Assembly (NCBI GenBank): GCA_002238665.1
Contig: MPMU01000001.1
Coordinates: 25,075-89,074 of the forward strand
Reading direction: 5' to 3'
Source: Gammaproteobacteria bacterium bin55
GTDB taxonomy: Bacteria; Pseudomonadota; Gammaproteobacteria; Pseudomonadales; Azotimanducaceae
Length of the DNA stretch: 64,000 bases
Shown here: positions 22,317 through 35,236 of the stretch, one piece after another
Numbering within the stretch: position 1 is the stretch's first letter
Layout: every line of letters starts with the position of its first letter
Position numbers and translations under genes: made by a program
The notes under the pieces: model-generated
What the model was told of the DNA's origin: nothing
The model's input: only the letters and a program-made list of their open reading frames with translations
Database searches by the model: none

Positions 22317-23419
22317 TCGTCGAAAACCCCACCATTTACAGAATTGATTTTCCCTCCACCCAGGCAGATTTCGTTGCTATATAAGGCAACGTATTGACCC
22401 GGTGTAATGGCGCGAATGGGTTTTTCAAATTCAACAGCCATGTTGTCTTCTTTGAGCGAAATTGAACAAGCCACCGGTTTTTGTCGGTAGCGAACCATTG
22501 CAGACAGGTCAGGATAGTTCAGCGGGTTATCTACAAGCCAATTGAGAGTATCTGCGGTTAGTGATTGAGCAAGAAGATCATTTTCGTCCTGACTTACCAC
22601 CAGGACGTTAGATTTACTGCGTTTAGCTACGACGTACCAAGGAGCCTCATCTGCGCCTTTAACTCCACCGATACCAATACCCTTCCTTTGTCCTAGCGTG
22701 TAGTAAGAGAGTCCGATATGTTCACCGATTGAATCACCGTGAATGTCCTGAACATCTCCGGGTGTCTTATCCACGTATCTAGCAAGAAAATCTCGAAACC
22801 TTCTTTCGCCGATAAAACAGATTCCTGTGCTATCTTTCTTGTCGTACACATGGAGCCCATTTTCGCAAGCCAATTGACGCACATGTTCTTTTCCGTGGTC
22901 GGCAAGCGGAAACAGCGCATTTTGCAAGTTAGGCTTAGGAACCGCTTGTAGGAAGTAAGTCTGATCTTTATTCTTGTCCTTAGCACGACCTAGATGCCAA
23001 GTACCGTCTTCTACTTTTCGTCTCGCGTAATGGCCTGTGGCAATCGTGCTGAAACCAAGAGTCTCTGCATATTTCGAGAATAAATCGAACTTGATGTGCC
23101 GATTACAGAGCACATCTGGATTCGGTGTTCGTGCTTGCTGATATTCCAGGAGAAAATCCTTGAACACCAAGTCCCAATACTCAGAAGCAAAATTTATGTA
23201 GCGCAGATCAATTTTCAGAGCATCTGCAATTCGTTGAGCATCTTCAAAGTCAGCCTTAGCCGTACAATACTCTGAACCGTCATCTTCATCCCAGTTCTTC
23301 ATGTAGATGCCTGTGACGGCGTAACCTGCTCGCTGGAGAAGAAGCGCAGACACTGCTGAATCTACTCCGCCGGACATGCCAACGGCGACTTTCTCCAATG
23401 AATTGCTCATAATTTCCAA
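22313..23419 (-). CDS. mnmA: tRNA 2-thiouridine(34) synthase MnmA
   Basis: PP-loop VGMSGGVDSAVSA and catalytic region DSTGICFIGER. Its stop overlaps the purB start by 4 nt. Confidence 0.95.
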   Translation of the reverse strand: MEIMSNSLEKVAVGMSGGVDSAVSALLLQRAGYAVTGIYMKNWDEDDGSEYCTAKADFEDAQRIADALKIDLRYINFASEYWDLVFKDFLLEYQQARTPNPDVLCNRHIKFDLFSKYAETLGFSTIATGHYARRKVEDGTWHLGRAKDKNKDQTYFLQAVPKPNLQNALFPLADHGKEHVRQLACENGLHVYDKKDSTGICFIGERRFRDFLARYVDKTPGDVQDIHGDSIGEHIGLSYYTLGQRKGIGIGGVKGADEAPWYVVAKRSKSNVLVVSQDENDLLAQSLTADTLNWLVDNPLNYPDLSAMVRYRQKPVACSISLKEDNMAVEFEKPIRAITPGQYVALYSNEICLGGGKINSVNGGVFDE

Positions 23420-23483
23420 GGTAGAGTAGTAGTCCGATGAAGATCAGGTCAAGTACCTGTGTCGAAAGTACGATTTTAGAGAG

Positions 23484-23957
23484 ATGGCTGAACTAACACA
23501 CCTAAACAGTAAAGGCGAAGCCACCATGGTGGATGTCTCTGCCAAGTCGGAGACTCTGCGTATTGCAACCGCAGAAGCGACCGTCCGAGTATCTCAAGAG
23601 ACAGGAGAATTGATTCGTTCGGGTGGGGTAGAAAAGGGCGATGTCTTTTCGGTGGCTCGCATAGCTGGCACGCTCGCGGCAAAGAAGACAAGTGACCTAA
23701 TTCCACTTTGTCATCCTTTACCACTCTCGAGTATCAAAATTGAGTTCAATTGGCAAGATGATTCGACATTGTCCATTAATGTGACCTGTAAGGTTACGAG
23801 TAAGACAGGAGTTGAAATGGAAGCTCTGACTGCTGCAAGCGTTGCTGCACTAACCGTTTATGACATGTGTAAGGCAGTCGATAGAGGGATGCAGATCGAA
23901 AATGTACAACTCACACATAAGTCCGGTGGGAAGTCTGGTAGTTGGCAGCGACAATGA
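23484..23957 (+). CDS. moaC: Cyclic pyranopterin monophosphate synthase
   Basis: 157 aa with motifs [15 protein letters not shown] and [24 protein letters not shown]. Confidence 0.95.
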   Translation: MAELTHLNSKGEATMVDVSAKSETLRIATAEATVRVSQETGELIRSGGVEKGDVFSVARIAGTLAAKKTSDLIPLCHPLPLSSIKIEFNWQDDSTLSINVTCKVTSKTGVEMEALTAASVAALTVYDMCKAVDRGMQIENVQLTHKSGGKSGSWQRQ

Positions 23958-24208
23958 TTATTCGCACTCTGTTTTTTGCATCGCTGCGAGAGAAGATTGG
24001 GATCAGCGAACTCACCGTTGAATTACCTCGTGACGCAACAAGAGATTCTCTTCTTCAAGCATTGCAATCGGAATTGGATGAGTCACGATATGAGACTTTG
24101 TCCACACCACAGGTATCCATCGCGATCAATCAAGAGCTTGTGAAGGGAGAGTTCACGCTTCAGGAGGGAGACGAAGTGGCGTTTCTTCCTCCCATTACTG
24201 GCGGTTAG
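23954..24208 (+). CDS. moaD: Molybdopterin synthase sulfur carrier subunit
   Basis: Small ubiquitin-like protein ending in PPITGG. ATG 23954 overlaps the moaC stop (ATGA). Confidence 0.85.
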   Translation: MIIRTLFFASLREKIGISELTVELPRDATRDSLLQALQSELDESRYETLSTPQVSIAINQELVKGEFTLQEGDEVAFLPPITGG

Positions 24209-24213
24209 AACCA

Positions 24214-24693
24214 ATGTCCCAAATTCGGATCCAAGAACGAGATTTTTCACTCAGTGACGAATACGAGCTTTTTCGTAGGTCGGCCGGAGGCAAAGCTGGG
24301 GCGATTGCCTCATTCGTAGGTCTGGTTCGAGATACTGCTAAAGAAGAACAGGTGAAAGGCTTGATTCTCGAGCATTACCCTGGCATGACTGAGAAGAGCA
24401 TTGAAAAGATCGTCAGTCAATCATATGAGCGCTGGAGACTCCTAGATGTGCTGGTCATTCACCGTATCGGTCACTTGCGGCCCACTGACCAAATTGTGCT
24501 GGTCCTAGTGGCTTCCTCCCATCGTCCAGATGCTTTTGCTGCATGCGAATACGTCATGGATCTTTTAAAAACTGAAGCTGTCTTCTGGAAGAAGGAAGTT
24601 CAAGAGAAATCGACCGTATGGATTGAGTCGACAGCTGATGACCACTCGCGCCGTGATCAGTGGCACAAAACTGAAAAGGTATCTACTAGGTAA
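24214..24693 (+). CDS. moaE: Molybdopterin synthase catalytic subunit
   Basis: 159 aa with MoaE motifs GAIASFVGLVRD and FWKKE. Follows moaD. Confidence 0.9.
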   Translation: MSQIRIQERDFSLSDEYELFRRSAGGKAGAIASFVGLVRDTAKEEQVKGLILEHYPGMTEKSIEKIVSQSYERWRLLDVLVIHRIGHLRPTDQIVLVLVASSHRPDAFAACEYVMDLLKTEAVFWKKEVQEKSTVWIESTADDHSRRDQWHKTEKVSTR

Positions 24694-24803
24694 GTCTCCC
24701 AGACCTGAATGGTGTATGCAGTACCTAGACCTATCACAGGTTCTAGCTAGAGGCTGACTTCTATAATCCTAACCTGCAAAATCTGAGGGTGAAATCTAGG
24801 AAT

Positions 24804-26060
24804 ATGGGGTTTAAGCACATCAAAGTACCTGCCGAAGGCACAAAAATTACAGCGTCTTCGGATGGCTCTCTATGCGTACCTGACAATCCCATCATACCGT
24901 TTATCGAAGGCGATGGAATCGGTGTAGACATCACACCTGTCATGCGGCGAGTCGTGGATGCAGCCGTAGATAAAAGCTACGGTTCAAAGCGGAAAATCGT
25001 CTGGATGGAGATCTATTCGGGTGAGAAAGCGCTTGACATCTATGGAGATGACGAGTGGCTTCCAGAAGAAACCCTTGACGCGATGCGCGAGTTTCTGATC
25101 GGGATCAAAGGACCTATGACGACCCCGGTCGGAGGTGGCATCCGATCACTCAATGTAGCGCTAAGACAGCACTTGGACCTATATGTTTGCTTGCGACCAG
25201 TACGCTGGTTCAAAGGTGTTCCCAGTCCAGTTCGTAGTCCAGATAAAACTGACATGGTTATTTTCCGGGAAAACACCGAGGACATCTATGCTGGTGTCGA
25301 GTGGGAAGCTGATAGTGCAGACGCAAATAAGCTCATCCGATATTTGCAGGATGAGATGTCGGTCAACAAAATCAGGTTTCCGCAGAATTGTGGCATCGGA
25401 ATCAAGCCCATATCCGTTGAAGGTTCTCATCGACTCATACGTAAAGCCATCCAGTACGCGATTGAAGAAGATCGGAGCTCAGTGACCTTTGTACACAAAG
25501 GCAACATCATGAAGTTCACTGAGGGAGCATTTAAGGATTGGGGCTACGAATTGTCAGCAAGTGAATTCGGTGCCGTACCACTTGATGGTGGTCCATGGCA
25601 CGAGCTGAAGAACCCTAATACCGGAAAACAAATCGTGATAAAGGACATGATTGCAGATGCAATGTTGCAACAAATCCTCACGCGTCCCGACGAATATGAC
25701 GTGATAGCGACCATGAATCTCAACGGTGATTACATATCCGATGCCCTAGCGGCGCAGGTAGGTGGTATCGGGATCGCACCAGGTGCAAATATCGGTGACT
25801 CCATAGCGCTATTTGAAGCTACTCACGGTACAGCACCTAAATACGCGGGGCAGGATAAAGTGAACCCAGGTTCGTTGATTCTCTCAGCTGAAATGATGCT
25901 TCGACACCTTGGTTGGCGCGAGGCTGCTGACTTAATCGTAGCTGGTATTGAAGGTGCAATCGCCGAAAAGAAAGTCACCTATGACTTTGAGCGATTGATG
26001 GACGGAGCTACGCTGTTAAAGTGCTCTGAATTTGGGGAAGCACTAATTGAATCGATGTAA
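24804..26060 (+). CDS. icd: NADP-dependent isocitrate dehydrogenase
   Basis: Matches E. coli Icd by motif ([37 protein letters not shown]). ATG 24804 is preferred over the upstream in-frame GTG. Confidence 0.95.
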   Translation: MGFKHIKVPAEGTKITASSDGSLCVPDNPIIPFIEGDGIGVDITPVMRRVVDAAVDKSYGSKRKIVWMEIYSGEKALDIYGDDEWLPEETLDAMREFLIGIKGPMTTPVGGGIRSLNVALRQHLDLYVCLRPVRWFKGVPSPVRSPDKTDMVIFRENTEDIYAGVEWEADSADANKLIRYLQDEMSVNKIRFPQNCGIGIKPISVEGSHRLIRKAIQYAIEEDRSSVTFVHKGNIMKFTEGAFKDWGYELSASEFGAVPLDGGPWHELKNPNTGKQIVIKDMIADAMLQQILTRPDEYDVIATMNLNGDYISDALAAQVGGIGIAPGANIGDSIALFEATHGTAPKYAGQDKVNPGSLILSAEMMLRHLGWREAADLIVAGIEGAIAEKKVTYDFERLMDGATLLKCSEFGEALIESM

Positions 26061-26141
26061 GAAATTGGCGTATAGCACTGCCGCACCCTATTTCAATCGA
26101 TTTGGTAACTACGAGTTTAACCGGTAGAGAGGTTAACCTTT

Positions 26142-26157
26142 GGCGAGTTAACTCGCC
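26142..26157. terminator. Shared palindromic hairpin between convergent icd and cspD
   Basis: Perfect palindrome GGCGAG-TTAA-CTCGCC flanked by T-runs on the plus strand. Confidence 0.45.
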
Positions 26158-26158
26158 T

Positions 26159-26374
26159 TTAGTTATCTGATCCGATAACCCGTATATTTACAGCTTGCAG
26201 TCCTTTTGGTCCTTCTTGAATCTCGAACTCAACTCTGTCCTCTTCGGCAAGGGATTTATATCCCGAAGCCTCGATGGACGAATAGTGTGCGAATAAATCT
26301 GCACTACTATCGTCGGGAACTATGAACCCGAATCCTTTATTGTTGTTGAACCATTTCACCGTGCCGGTTGGCAT
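26159..26374 (-). CDS. cspD: Cold-shock domain protein (CspD-like)
   Basis: Motif [18 protein letters not shown]. Divergent from clpS-clpA as in E. coli. The internal ATG at 26374 is preferred. Confidence 0.85.
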   Translation of the reverse strand: MPTGTVKWFNNNKGFGFIVPDDSSADLFAHYSSIEASGYKSLAEEDRVEFEIQEGPKGLQAVNIRVIGSDN

Positions 26375-26571
26375 GAATTCTCCGTAATCACGACTTAGCA
26401 GATTACATAATACACTACCAATAGTGTCAATCAAGTAATTTTTTTGAATTCCTTGAATTAGTCCGTTTCAAGTTGTGCCAAAATTACGATTGGCTGATCA
26501 GGAAATCCGCGATGATTGCTGTCAGTCTGGTTAGACTTAAAATGTTCAAAAATTGAAGTTCCATCACAAAT

Positions 26572-26958
26572 TTGCATGAATTTGATACTTCTGTACATTT
26601 TTTAACTTGGTGTTCGGGTGGTAATAAATTGGCAAGAGATCCTTCAGAAAGCCCAGTAATTGAGCGGGATGCAAAGGTTGAACCAAGTAAACCTAAATTG
26701 CAGCCCCCGCCTATGTATCGGATAATCCTGTATAACGATGACTACACACCGATGTACTTTGTCGTCCATGTGCTGATGAAGTTTTTTAACATGGATGAGA
26801 CGCGGGCGGAGTTACTCATGCTCACCGTTCACTATCAAGGTAAAGCCACGATAGGCATCTATCCAAGGGAGATTGCCGAGACGTTATCGGAAAAAATAAA
26901 TGAGTATTCAAGGGAATCGAATCACCCGCTTCTGGCGGGCGTAGAAAAGGACGAATGA
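26572..26958 (+). CDS. clpS: ATP-dependent Clp protease adaptor ClpS
   Basis: Core MYRIILYNDDYTPMYFVVHVL...VHYQGKA. The start is uncertain: TTG 26572 or TTG 26629. The latter gives a typical 109-aa protein. Confidence 0.9.
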   Translation: MHEFDTSVHFLTWCSGGNKLARDPSESPVIERDAKVEPSKPKLQPPPMYRIILYNDDYTPMYFVVHVLMKFFNMDETRAELLMLTVHYQGKATIGIYPREIAETLSEKINEYSRESNHPLLAGVEKDE

Positions 26959-26973
26959 GGCAAATCTACCGAA

Positions 26974-29355
26974 ATGTTTAGCGAAAATCTGCAAGAAGCA
27001 ATCAATCGTTGCTACGAGGTAGCACGGGAAAAGAGACACCAAGTCATAACAACTGAGCACCTACTACGTGCGGTCCTAACGGACGAAGACGCAGTTGTAG
27101 TACTCCAGAACTTAAATGCAGATATTGAAGCACTCAAAGACAAGCTAGACGATTGGATTGACAACCACACTCCTCGTTTTGAAGGTCCGCAGAGTGACGA
27201 CGAGTCAGCGAAAGCCTCTCTGGCTTTTCAACGTGTACTACAACGTGCGGTATTTCATGTCTCCACAAAGACACGAGATCAGAGTTCTGATGTTAAAGCT
27301 TTCAATGTTCTGATTTCACTGTTTCACGAGAAGGATGCGATGTCGGTTCATTTCCTGAAAGAGCAGGACATAGAACGGATTGATGTTGTCAATTTTGTCG
27401 TACATGGTCGAGGAAAAGGTACTCGTAGACCAAGGGTTGGTGAGAGCGGGAGTGGTAGCAGGCTTGCTTCCTCATCGACTTCGAATCCAGCTGGTAGAGG
27501 TAGATCGGGTGAGGAAATAGAGGATTCGGAACATGCTGAGGAGGAAGAACCACTAGAGGCTTTTTCTCGCAATCTCAATGCGTTAGCGAAAGAAGGTCAT
27601 ATCGATCCGTTAATCGGCAGAAATCACGAAGTCAGTCGACTTCTACAAATTCTGTCCCGTCGTAGAAAGAACAATCCACTGCTAGTTGGTGAATCTGGCG
27701 TAGGTAAGACCGCAATCGTAGAAGGCTTAGCTAAGCGCATCGTCGACGGTCAGGTACCTGAGCAGATCAAGGACACCACTATCTATGCGTTGGATATAGG
27801 TGCATTGGTAGCAGGGACGAGATATCGCGGTGATTTTGAAGAGCGATTCAAAGGGGTACTGGATCGATTAATTGAGCTCGATAACGTCATCCTATTTATC
27901 GACGAAATACATACTGTAATAGGTGCTGGTTCAGCTCGTGGTGTCGTCATGGATGGATCCAATATGCTCAAACCTGTGCTCACTTCCGGCAAGATTAAAT
28001 GTGTCGGTTCGACCACCTATAAAGAGTTTCGAGGGATTTTCGAGCAGGATCGAGCACTCGCCCGAAGGTTCCTGAAGATTGATGTCCCTGAGCCTTCCGT
28101 AGATGACACTGTAAAGATTCTCAAAGGACTGAAATCAAAATATGAAGATCATCATCAGATTCGATACACGGAACCTGCAATTAAAGCAGCGGCTGAACTT
28201 TCAGCGAAATATCTGTCTGATCGATTCTTGCCAGATAAGGCGATCGATGTAGTCGACGAAGCAGGTGCAGCAGCTCGTCTCCTACCTAAGAACAAGCGAA
28301 AGAAAGTCATTGGCGCGCCTGATGTAGAGGAAATCGTTGCGAAGATTGCACGAATTCCATCGGCAAGAGTTAACGTCACTGATAAAGCAGCTCTGGCAGA
28401 ATTAGAGGACGATCTCAAATTCGTGGTGTTTGGCCAAGATGAGGCAATTGAAACATTAGCATCAGCCATTCGGTTGTCTCGTGCTGGACTCAAGGAAGAA
28501 GAAAAACCAGTAGGTTCGTTCTTGTTCGCAGGTCCGACGGGAGTGGGTAAAACCGAAGTCTGTCGTCAGTTGGCAAAGATCATGGGTATTGAGTTGCTTC
28601 GGTACGATATGTCAGAGTACATGGAACGGCACACCGTCAGCAGGTTGATCGGGGCACCTCCGGGCTACGTGGGTTATGATCAAGGTGGACTACTCACAGA
28701 GGCCGTGACTAAACATCCGCACTGCGTACTGTTGCTGGACGAAATCGAAAAAGCTCATCCAGATGTATTCAACATCCTACTACAGGTTATGGATCATGGT
28801 ACGCTAACTGACAACAACGGTCGAAAGGCTGACTTCAGGAACGTCGTATTCATCATGACCACGAACGCTGGCGCAATGGATGCCGCGCGTCCGTCCATCG
28901 GCTTCTCCAACCAGGACCACAGCGTTGATGCTTTGGCGAGTATCAACAAGATATTTACTCCAGAGTTCCGTAATCGTCTTGATGCGATTATTCAGTTCAA
29001 TTCACTGAATATGACTGTCATCAAGCTTGTGGTCGAGAAATTCATTGACGAGTTACAAGGCCGCTTGGATGAGAAGAAGGTCGAAATTCATTTCGACCAA
29101 GATGCCAAAGATTGGCTCGCGACGAATGGCTACGACGAGAAAATGGGCGCGAGGCCCATGCAACGCCTGATTCAGGAAAAGGTCAAGCGCAAGCTTGCCG
29201 AAGACATTCTGTTTGGAGAACTTGCTGAAGGTGGTGGAGTCGCGAAAATCTCCGTGAAAGACAACGAGCTTATCGTTACCTCAGAGTCGCATAAGAAGCG
29301 TAAATCAATGGAGTCTGAGAGGGAACAGGAAGAGGCAAATATCGAGGATGTTTAG
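26974..29355 (+). CDS. clpA: ATP-dependent Clp protease ATP-binding subunit ClpA
   Basis: Two AAA+ modules ([18 protein letters not shown]), N-domain, and extended Gly/Ser/Arg-acidic linker. 793 aa. Confidence 0.95.
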   Translation: MFSENLQEAINRCYEVAREKRHQVITTEHLLRAVLTDEDAVVVLQNLNADIEALKDKLDDWIDNHTPRFEGPQSDDESAKASLAFQRVLQRAVFHVSTKTRDQSSDVKAFNVLISLFHEKDAMSVHFLKEQDIERIDVVNFVVHGRGKGTRRPRVGESGSGSRLASSSTSNPAGRGRSGEEIEDSEHAEEEEPLEAFSRNLNALAKEGHIDPLIGRNHEVSRLLQILSRRRKNNPLLVGESGVGKTAIVEGLAKRIVDGQVPEQIKDTTIYALDIGALVAGTRYRGDFEERFKGVLDRLIELDNVILFIDEIHTVIGAGSARGVVMDGSNMLKPVLTSGKIKCVGSTTYKEFRGIFEQDRALARRFLKIDVPEPSVDDTVKILKGLKSKYEDHHQIRYTEPAIKAAAELSAKYLSDRFLPDKAIDVVDEAGAAARLLPKNKRKKVIGAPDVEEIVAKIARIPSARVNVTDKAALAELEDDLKFVVFGQDEAIETLASAIRLSRAGLKEEEKPVGSFLFAGPTGVGKTEVCRQLAKIMGIELLRYDMSEYMERHTVSRLIGAPPGYVGYDQGGLLTEAVTKHPHCVLLLDEIEKAHPDVFNILLQVMDHGTLTDNNGRKADFRNVVFIMTTNAGAMDAARPSIGFSNQDHSVDALASINKIFTPEFRNRLDAIIQFNSLNMTVIKLVVEKFIDELQGRLDEKKVEIHFDQDAKDWLATNGYDEKMGARPMQRLIQEKVKRKLAEDILFGELAEGGGVAKISVKDNELIVTSESHKKRKSMESEREQEEANIEDV

Positions 29356-29377
29356 TCTCGACTAAAACTTTTAACTC

Positions 29378-29611
29378 TTAGATATCCCGTTCTCGATACG
29401 TGATCCGGCCTTTGCTGAGGTCGTATGTTGAAAGTTCGATTTTGACTTTATCGCCTTTCAAGATCCTGATGTAGTTTTTACGCATTTTGCCAGATAGATG
29501 GGCGAGGACCACATGGTCGCTACCTTCTAATTTCACTCTGAAAAATGTATTGGGGAGCGTGTCGATAACCACTCCCTCCATCTCGACTATATCTTGCTTG
29601 TCCTTGGTCAT
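29378..29611 (-). CDS. infA: Translation initiation factor IF-1
   Basis: S1-like fold sequence [20 protein letters not shown]...[11 protein letters not shown]. Confidence 0.95.
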   Translation of the reverse strand: MTKDKQDIVEMEGVVIDTLPNTFFRVKLEGSDHVVLAHLSGKMRKNYIRILKGDKVKIELSTYDLSKGRITYRERDI

Positions 29612-29753
29612 ACGAGGGTGTTCGATAGCCGTGATCGTGTTACTAGGGTCATAAAAATCCTTGGATATTGGAAATTAGATTATAGGTGGCGTTCAATTCG
29701 TGTCGTTCCACAGGCGCGGATTTCGTTACTGAATCAACGCACCTGAAATAACG

Positions 29754-30470
29754 CTACTGACTTGAATGAGAAGGGTCCAGCCACTTCCATCCCCGTCGAG
29801 AATCGCCAGGTCGCCACTTTCCTGGTACAGTACAGACGGATAGCTGGTTCATTTTTAGCAGTTTCAGATATTCATCTCTCGATACTGAAAGGCATCCTAA
29901 TGAATGTAGATGAGGAGTTGGCATCTGAGTATCGAGTAGAAGAAATTGAGAATCTTTGAGCCGGTTCAAAAGCACTTTGAGTGCGAGTTTTGAGGCATTT
30001 GTTGCTGTACTGAACATGGATTCGCCGATGAAGATTCTTCCGATGCCTATACCAAAGATCCCTCCAACGAGCAATCCAGCATCCCACACTTCGACAGAGT
30101 GCGATACTCCGATATCAAAAAGTTCGCCGTAACATTTGAACATATTTGGGGTGATCCAAGTCTTGTCTCTCGATGCACAGCCCCGTACCACAGCTTGGAA
30201 GGAACTATCGAAGGTAATTCTGTAGGTGGTTTTCCGTAGAAATCTGGCAAAACTTCTGGAGGTATGAAAATTGTCAGGTAGGAAAACGCCGCGAATTCTC
30301 GGCGACCACCAATTAACGGGTTCATCGTCGTGGTCATTCCAAGGGAATAAGCCAATACCATATCCTTCGATCATGCGCTCACTGGTTAAGTGCTGACTGA
30401 CTGCAATCACATCCGCGTCAGTATCCTTTGGATAGGGAAGGGGATCAGTCTTATTCATTAAGAATTGCAT
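29754..30470 (-). CDS. aat: Leucyl/phenylalanyl-tRNA--protein transferase
   Basis: Motifs GLFPW, WWSP, TWITP, HSVEVW, GESMFS, ASK and HLHSLG. Synteny clpA/infA-aat. Confidence 0.9.
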   Translation of the reverse strand: MQFLMNKTDPLPYPKDTDADVIAVSQHLTSERMIEGYGIGLFPWNDHDDEPVNWWSPRIRGVFLPDNFHTSRSFARFLRKTTYRITFDSSFQAVVRGCASRDKTWITPNMFKCYGELFDIGVSHSVEVWDAGLLVGGIFGIGIGRIFIGESMFSTATNASKLALKVLLNRLKDSQFLLLDTQMPTPHLHSLGCLSVSRDEYLKLLKMNQLSVCTVPGKWRPGDSRRGWKWLDPSHSSQ

Positions 30471-30650
30471 GAACTCGGTACTTCCGGATACGCTTCTAAA
30501 TTGGGTATTTGCGTACGAAGATTCTGTTTGGCATTCTCAAATCAGCTTTGCCGTATTTAATGTTTGATTTTTACGCATTCGATAGATTGAGCGTTGAATC
30601 CACAAATAGCAAGTTCACGTGTGTAGGAAGCTATGTTCCATGGCGCTCGC

Positions 30651-31923
<1,273 letters not shown>

Positions 31924-32068
31924 ACCGAAAAAAATGCGAGATTTTGCGAGTCGTAATTATGGATATCATGACGAAAATCGAATTACTTCGGCACAGGAAG
32001 TGAGTGAATACTCCGTAATCAGTTCCTCTGATTATTAAAATCTAGGTACTGTCACGGAGGATAGTTGC

Positions 32069-34459
32069 ATGGCAGAGACTCGCATGGAGCGAGCGCCCTT
32101 CAAATTTCCACTACGGGAATGCGGTGCAATCGTACTAATTTCTGTTAGTGTGTTCATAGGTTTAGCGCTATTTTCCTATGTTCCTGTCGATTTTCTTGAA
32201 GGCGAAATAAGAGAGTCTCCTAACAATCAAAATCTTGTCGGCCAGATCGGAGTGATCTTCGTTACGACCGCAGGAATGATGTTCGGATGGGCTGCGTTGC
32301 TTCTTCCATTTACATTCGCTACTCTAGCATTCCGAATCGGGAAACGAACCTACGTCAATTGGACCTGGTTCCGTGCAATTGTCTCCACCTTCTCCTTTCT
32401 TATTTTCCTCAGTGCCGGCAGTATTCTGGCGGAGTTGCATTTGTCGAGTACATATGCTGACTTCAGTCAACCTGGCGGGTGGGTTGGTGAACTAGCTGTC
32501 AATTGGTTTATAGCCACCCTAGGAACCGTAGGTCTCACTATCGTAGCGGGGATGTTCTTCATACTTGGAGTCCAATTGTTCCTCTTCTTCTCGTGGTTGC
32601 GGTTCTTCCAACAGATCGTGAGGATAGTCCGTGGCATGGGCAAGATTTTGCTTCTTGTAAGCGATACTGCGAACACTACTACAGTTGGTGTATTCACGTT
32701 CCCTGCGCGCGTGTATTACTGGTTTAAAAGGACATTCACTCGAAAGAAAAAGAAATCTAAACGAGTCGAGCCCATAAGACCTGAACGTATTCAGCCTACG
32801 GAAATCGTTTCGACAGACGTTGAGGAACCGATCACATCCAACGACAATCCATTTGTTCCACAAAAATCTGGTACGACGCGTCCTAAACGCAGGACTGCTT
32901 CCAAGGCACGCAAGAGAGTAAAAGCTGAACACAAGCAACCAGTGGTCCCGACAAGCGTAGCGCTTGAAGCCAATAGCTACGTTTTGCCTTCTTTGGACTT
33001 GTTAGACCCTCCGATATTGAATAAAGAGAACGACAAGGCTCGTATCAAAGAACTTCGGGATTTAGGTAGTCAATTACAGAATCACCTGTCAGATTTTGGT
33101 GTGCTTGCCACAGTTGTGGGTATTGTTCCTGGACCCGTGGTTACTCGATTTGAACTGGAATTAGCGTCAGGTGTTAAGGTCCAGAAAATCTCAGGGTTGG
33201 TGAAAGATATCGCGCGCATGCTGGCGGTGACATCCGTTAGGGTAGTTCCGATAATCCCCGGTAAATCGGTGATCGGCGTAGAGATACCCAACGAGCGAAG
33301 AAAAATCGTGACTTTTCGTGAAGTCATTGACGATGACCAGTTCGTCGGGAGTCAAAGTCCGTTGACTTTTGCACTCGGAGTCAATGTCGCGGGTACACCG
33401 ATGTGTGCCGATATTGAGAGAATGCCACACTTGCTAGTAGCTGGTACTACGGGATCTGGAAAATCGGTTGCTATCAATGTAATGTTGCTTAGTCTGTTGT
33501 TTCGAGTAACTCCAGAAGATCTGCGACTCGTTCTGATCGACCCGAAAATGTTGGAGTTATCGGTTTACGAAGACATTCCTCATTTGCTGACACCTGTCGT
33601 GACTGATGTCGAGGACTCGGTAAAGGTTATGACTTGGTGCGTCGCTGAAATGGAGCGCAGGTACCGAATTCTCAGTCACGCAAATGTACGAAATCTGAGT
33701 GGCTATAACGCCAAAATAGAAGCAACGGAAGCTGCCGGTAACCCACTCTATATGCCTAGTGAGAATGGCTTAGAGCTTGAAGACGAAGCACAAGAGCCAC
33801 TTAAACAGATGCCGAGAATCCTGATAGTCGTGGATGAGTTTGCGGATCTTGTGATGATGGTCGGGAAGAAGGTAGAAGATCTCATAGTTCGCATTGCACA
33901 GAAGGCTCGAGCAGCAGGTATTCACTTGGTTTTAGCAACGCAACGACCGTCTGCAAACGTGATCACCAGCTTGATCAAATCCAATATTCCGGTTCGTATG
34001 AGCTTTCAGGTGTCGAGTCAAGTCGACTCGCGCGTGATTTTGGACCAAGGGGGCGCTGAACAACTTTTGGGAAGAGGAGACATGTTGTACATGCCACCCG
34101 GAAGTAGCGTGCCCGAGCGGATCCACGGAGCTTTCGTGAGTGACGACGAGGTGCTATCTGTGGTGCAAAGATTGGTTGCGAATTCATCTCCTGATTACGA
34201 TGAATCGGTTCTGAGTGAATCCATGCAGAGCGCTGATTCTGGCAGTTCTCAGGTTTCTAATGGCTATCAAGAAGATCCACTGTATTCCGATGCGGTTAGG
34301 GTTGTGTACGAGTCAGAGAAAGCTTCCATTTCAAATGTTCAACGTAGATTGAACGTCGGATACAATCGGGCAGCGAACTTGATTGAGCGGATGGAAGAAG
34401 AAGGAATCGTCTCTCCACCTAAGAAAAATGGGTCTCGCCAGATACTTAGGAATGGGTGA
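32069..34459 (+). CDS. ftsK: DNA translocase FtsK
   Basis: N-terminal TM helices, basic/Pro-rich linker, Walker A AGTTGSGKS, IVVDEFADL, and C-terminal gamma winged-helix (ISNVQRRLNVGYNRAANLIERME). Confidence 0.95.
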   Translation: MAETRMERAPFKFPLRECGAIVLISVSVFIGLALFSYVPVDFLEGEIRESPNNQNLVGQIGVIFVTTAGMMFGWAALLLPFTFATLAFRIGKRTYVNWTWFRAIVSTFSFLIFLSAGSILAELHLSSTYADFSQPGGWVGELAVNWFIATLGTVGLTIVAGMFFILGVQLFLFFSWLRFFQQIVRIVRGMGKILLLVSDTANTTTVGVFTFPARVYYWFKRTFTRKKKKSKRVEPIRPERIQPTEIVSTDVEEPITSNDNPFVPQKSGTTRPKRRTASKARKRVKAEHKQPVVPTSVALEANSYVLPSLDLLDPPILNKENDKARIKELRDLGSQLQNHLSDFGVLATVVGIVPGPVVTRFELELASGVKVQKISGLVKDIARMLAVTSVRVVPIIPGKSVIGVEIPNERRKIVTFREVIDDDQFVGSQSPLTFALGVNVAGTPMCADIERMPHLLVAGTTGSGKSVAINVMLLSLLFRVTPEDLRLVLIDPKMLELSVYEDIPHLLTPVVTDVEDSVKVMTWCVAEMERRYRILSHANVRNLSGYNAKIEATEAAGNPLYMPSENGLELEDEAQEPLKQMPRILIVVDEFADLVMMVGKKVEDLIVRIAQKARAAGIHLVLATQRPSANVITSLIKSNIPVRMSFQVSSQVDSRVILDQGGAEQLLGRGDMLYMPPGSSVPERIHGAFVSDDEVLSVVQRLVANSSPDYDESVLSESMQSADSGSSQVSNGYQEDPLYSDAVRVVYESEKASISNVQRRLNVGYNRAANLIERMEEEGIVSPPKKNGSRQILRNG

Positions 34460-34482
34460 GGTGAACACTAATCGCTGAATTT

Positions 34483-35184
34483 GTGCGAAATCTCAGTTCA
34501 GCTTGGACTCAATTCTCGAGTTCAACTCTCGCTGGTCTGGTATTGGGAGTAGGTTTATCGCTTTCTCAGTATGTCTTTGCTGAATCGACAGAGGACGAAG
34601 CTAGTTCTAACTCGCCAAGTGCATTGCCTCTTTATAAGCAATTAGAAGGCTATCAGTCGTTTTCAGCGGACTTTAAACTGGTGAGTACGGACGACCGATA
34701 CGAAGTTCTAGCGTCTCAGACCGGCAGGGTGAAATTCGTACGTCCTGATTACTTCCTTTGGGTGGTCGATCCACCGGACGAGCAGGTGATCTCCGTCCAA
34801 ATTAAGCAAGTAACCGTATACGACCCGTTACTAGAGCAGGTCAGTTATATGAACCTAGCTGACTTATCGGGTGCCGACATCCACTCAATTCTCATGGACC
34901 CAAGTCAGTTGAACAGCTCTCAATACTCTGTCTCAAGAGCTGGAAGTAGCTATTCAATCAAGTCATCTTCAGAACAATCGTTGTTCAATGAAATCAACAT
35001 TTCCTTTGATGGTGAAGTACTTCGCAATATCAAGGTATTCGATCAGCTAGGTGGACAAAGCCTGTTTGAGTTCTTAAATGTAGAAGTGAACGAACCGATC
35101 GACGCGGAAGAATTCGAGGTAGCTATACCAGACGGCGTAGATGTTGTGGGAGAGAAACTGAGCGAGCAAGATGAGCTGGATTGA
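34483..35184 (+). CDS. lolA: Outer-membrane lipoprotein carrier protein LolA
   Basis: Signal peptide, LolA-like beta-barrel sequence (FKLV...GRVKFVRPDYFLW), and position after ftsK. Confidence 0.8.
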   Translation: MRNLSSAWTQFSSSTLAGLVLGVGLSLSQYVFAESTEDEASSNSPSALPLYKQLEGYQSFSADFKLVSTDDRYEVLASQTGRVKFVRPDYFLWVVDPPDEQVISVQIKQVTVYDPLLEQVSYMNLADLSGADIHSILMDPSQLNSSQYSVSRAGSSYSIKSSSEQSLFNEINISFDGEVLRNIKVFDQLGGQSLFEFLNVEVNEPIDAEEFEVAIPDGVDVVGEKLSEQDELD

Positions 35185-35236
35185 ATAGATTGGTACGCTT
35201 GCCTCGACTTTCAGTAATTAGTGCGAACTTAAAATT

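Noticed and set aside
32519-32938. 139-aa minus-strand ORF inside ftsK
   Set aside because: It is antisense to the ftsK membrane/linker region. FtsK is continuous and conserved here.
35185-35236. Fluoride riboswitch upstream of crcB
   Set aside because: The spacer is only about 52 nt and shows none of the conserved crcB-motif segments that I can recognise.
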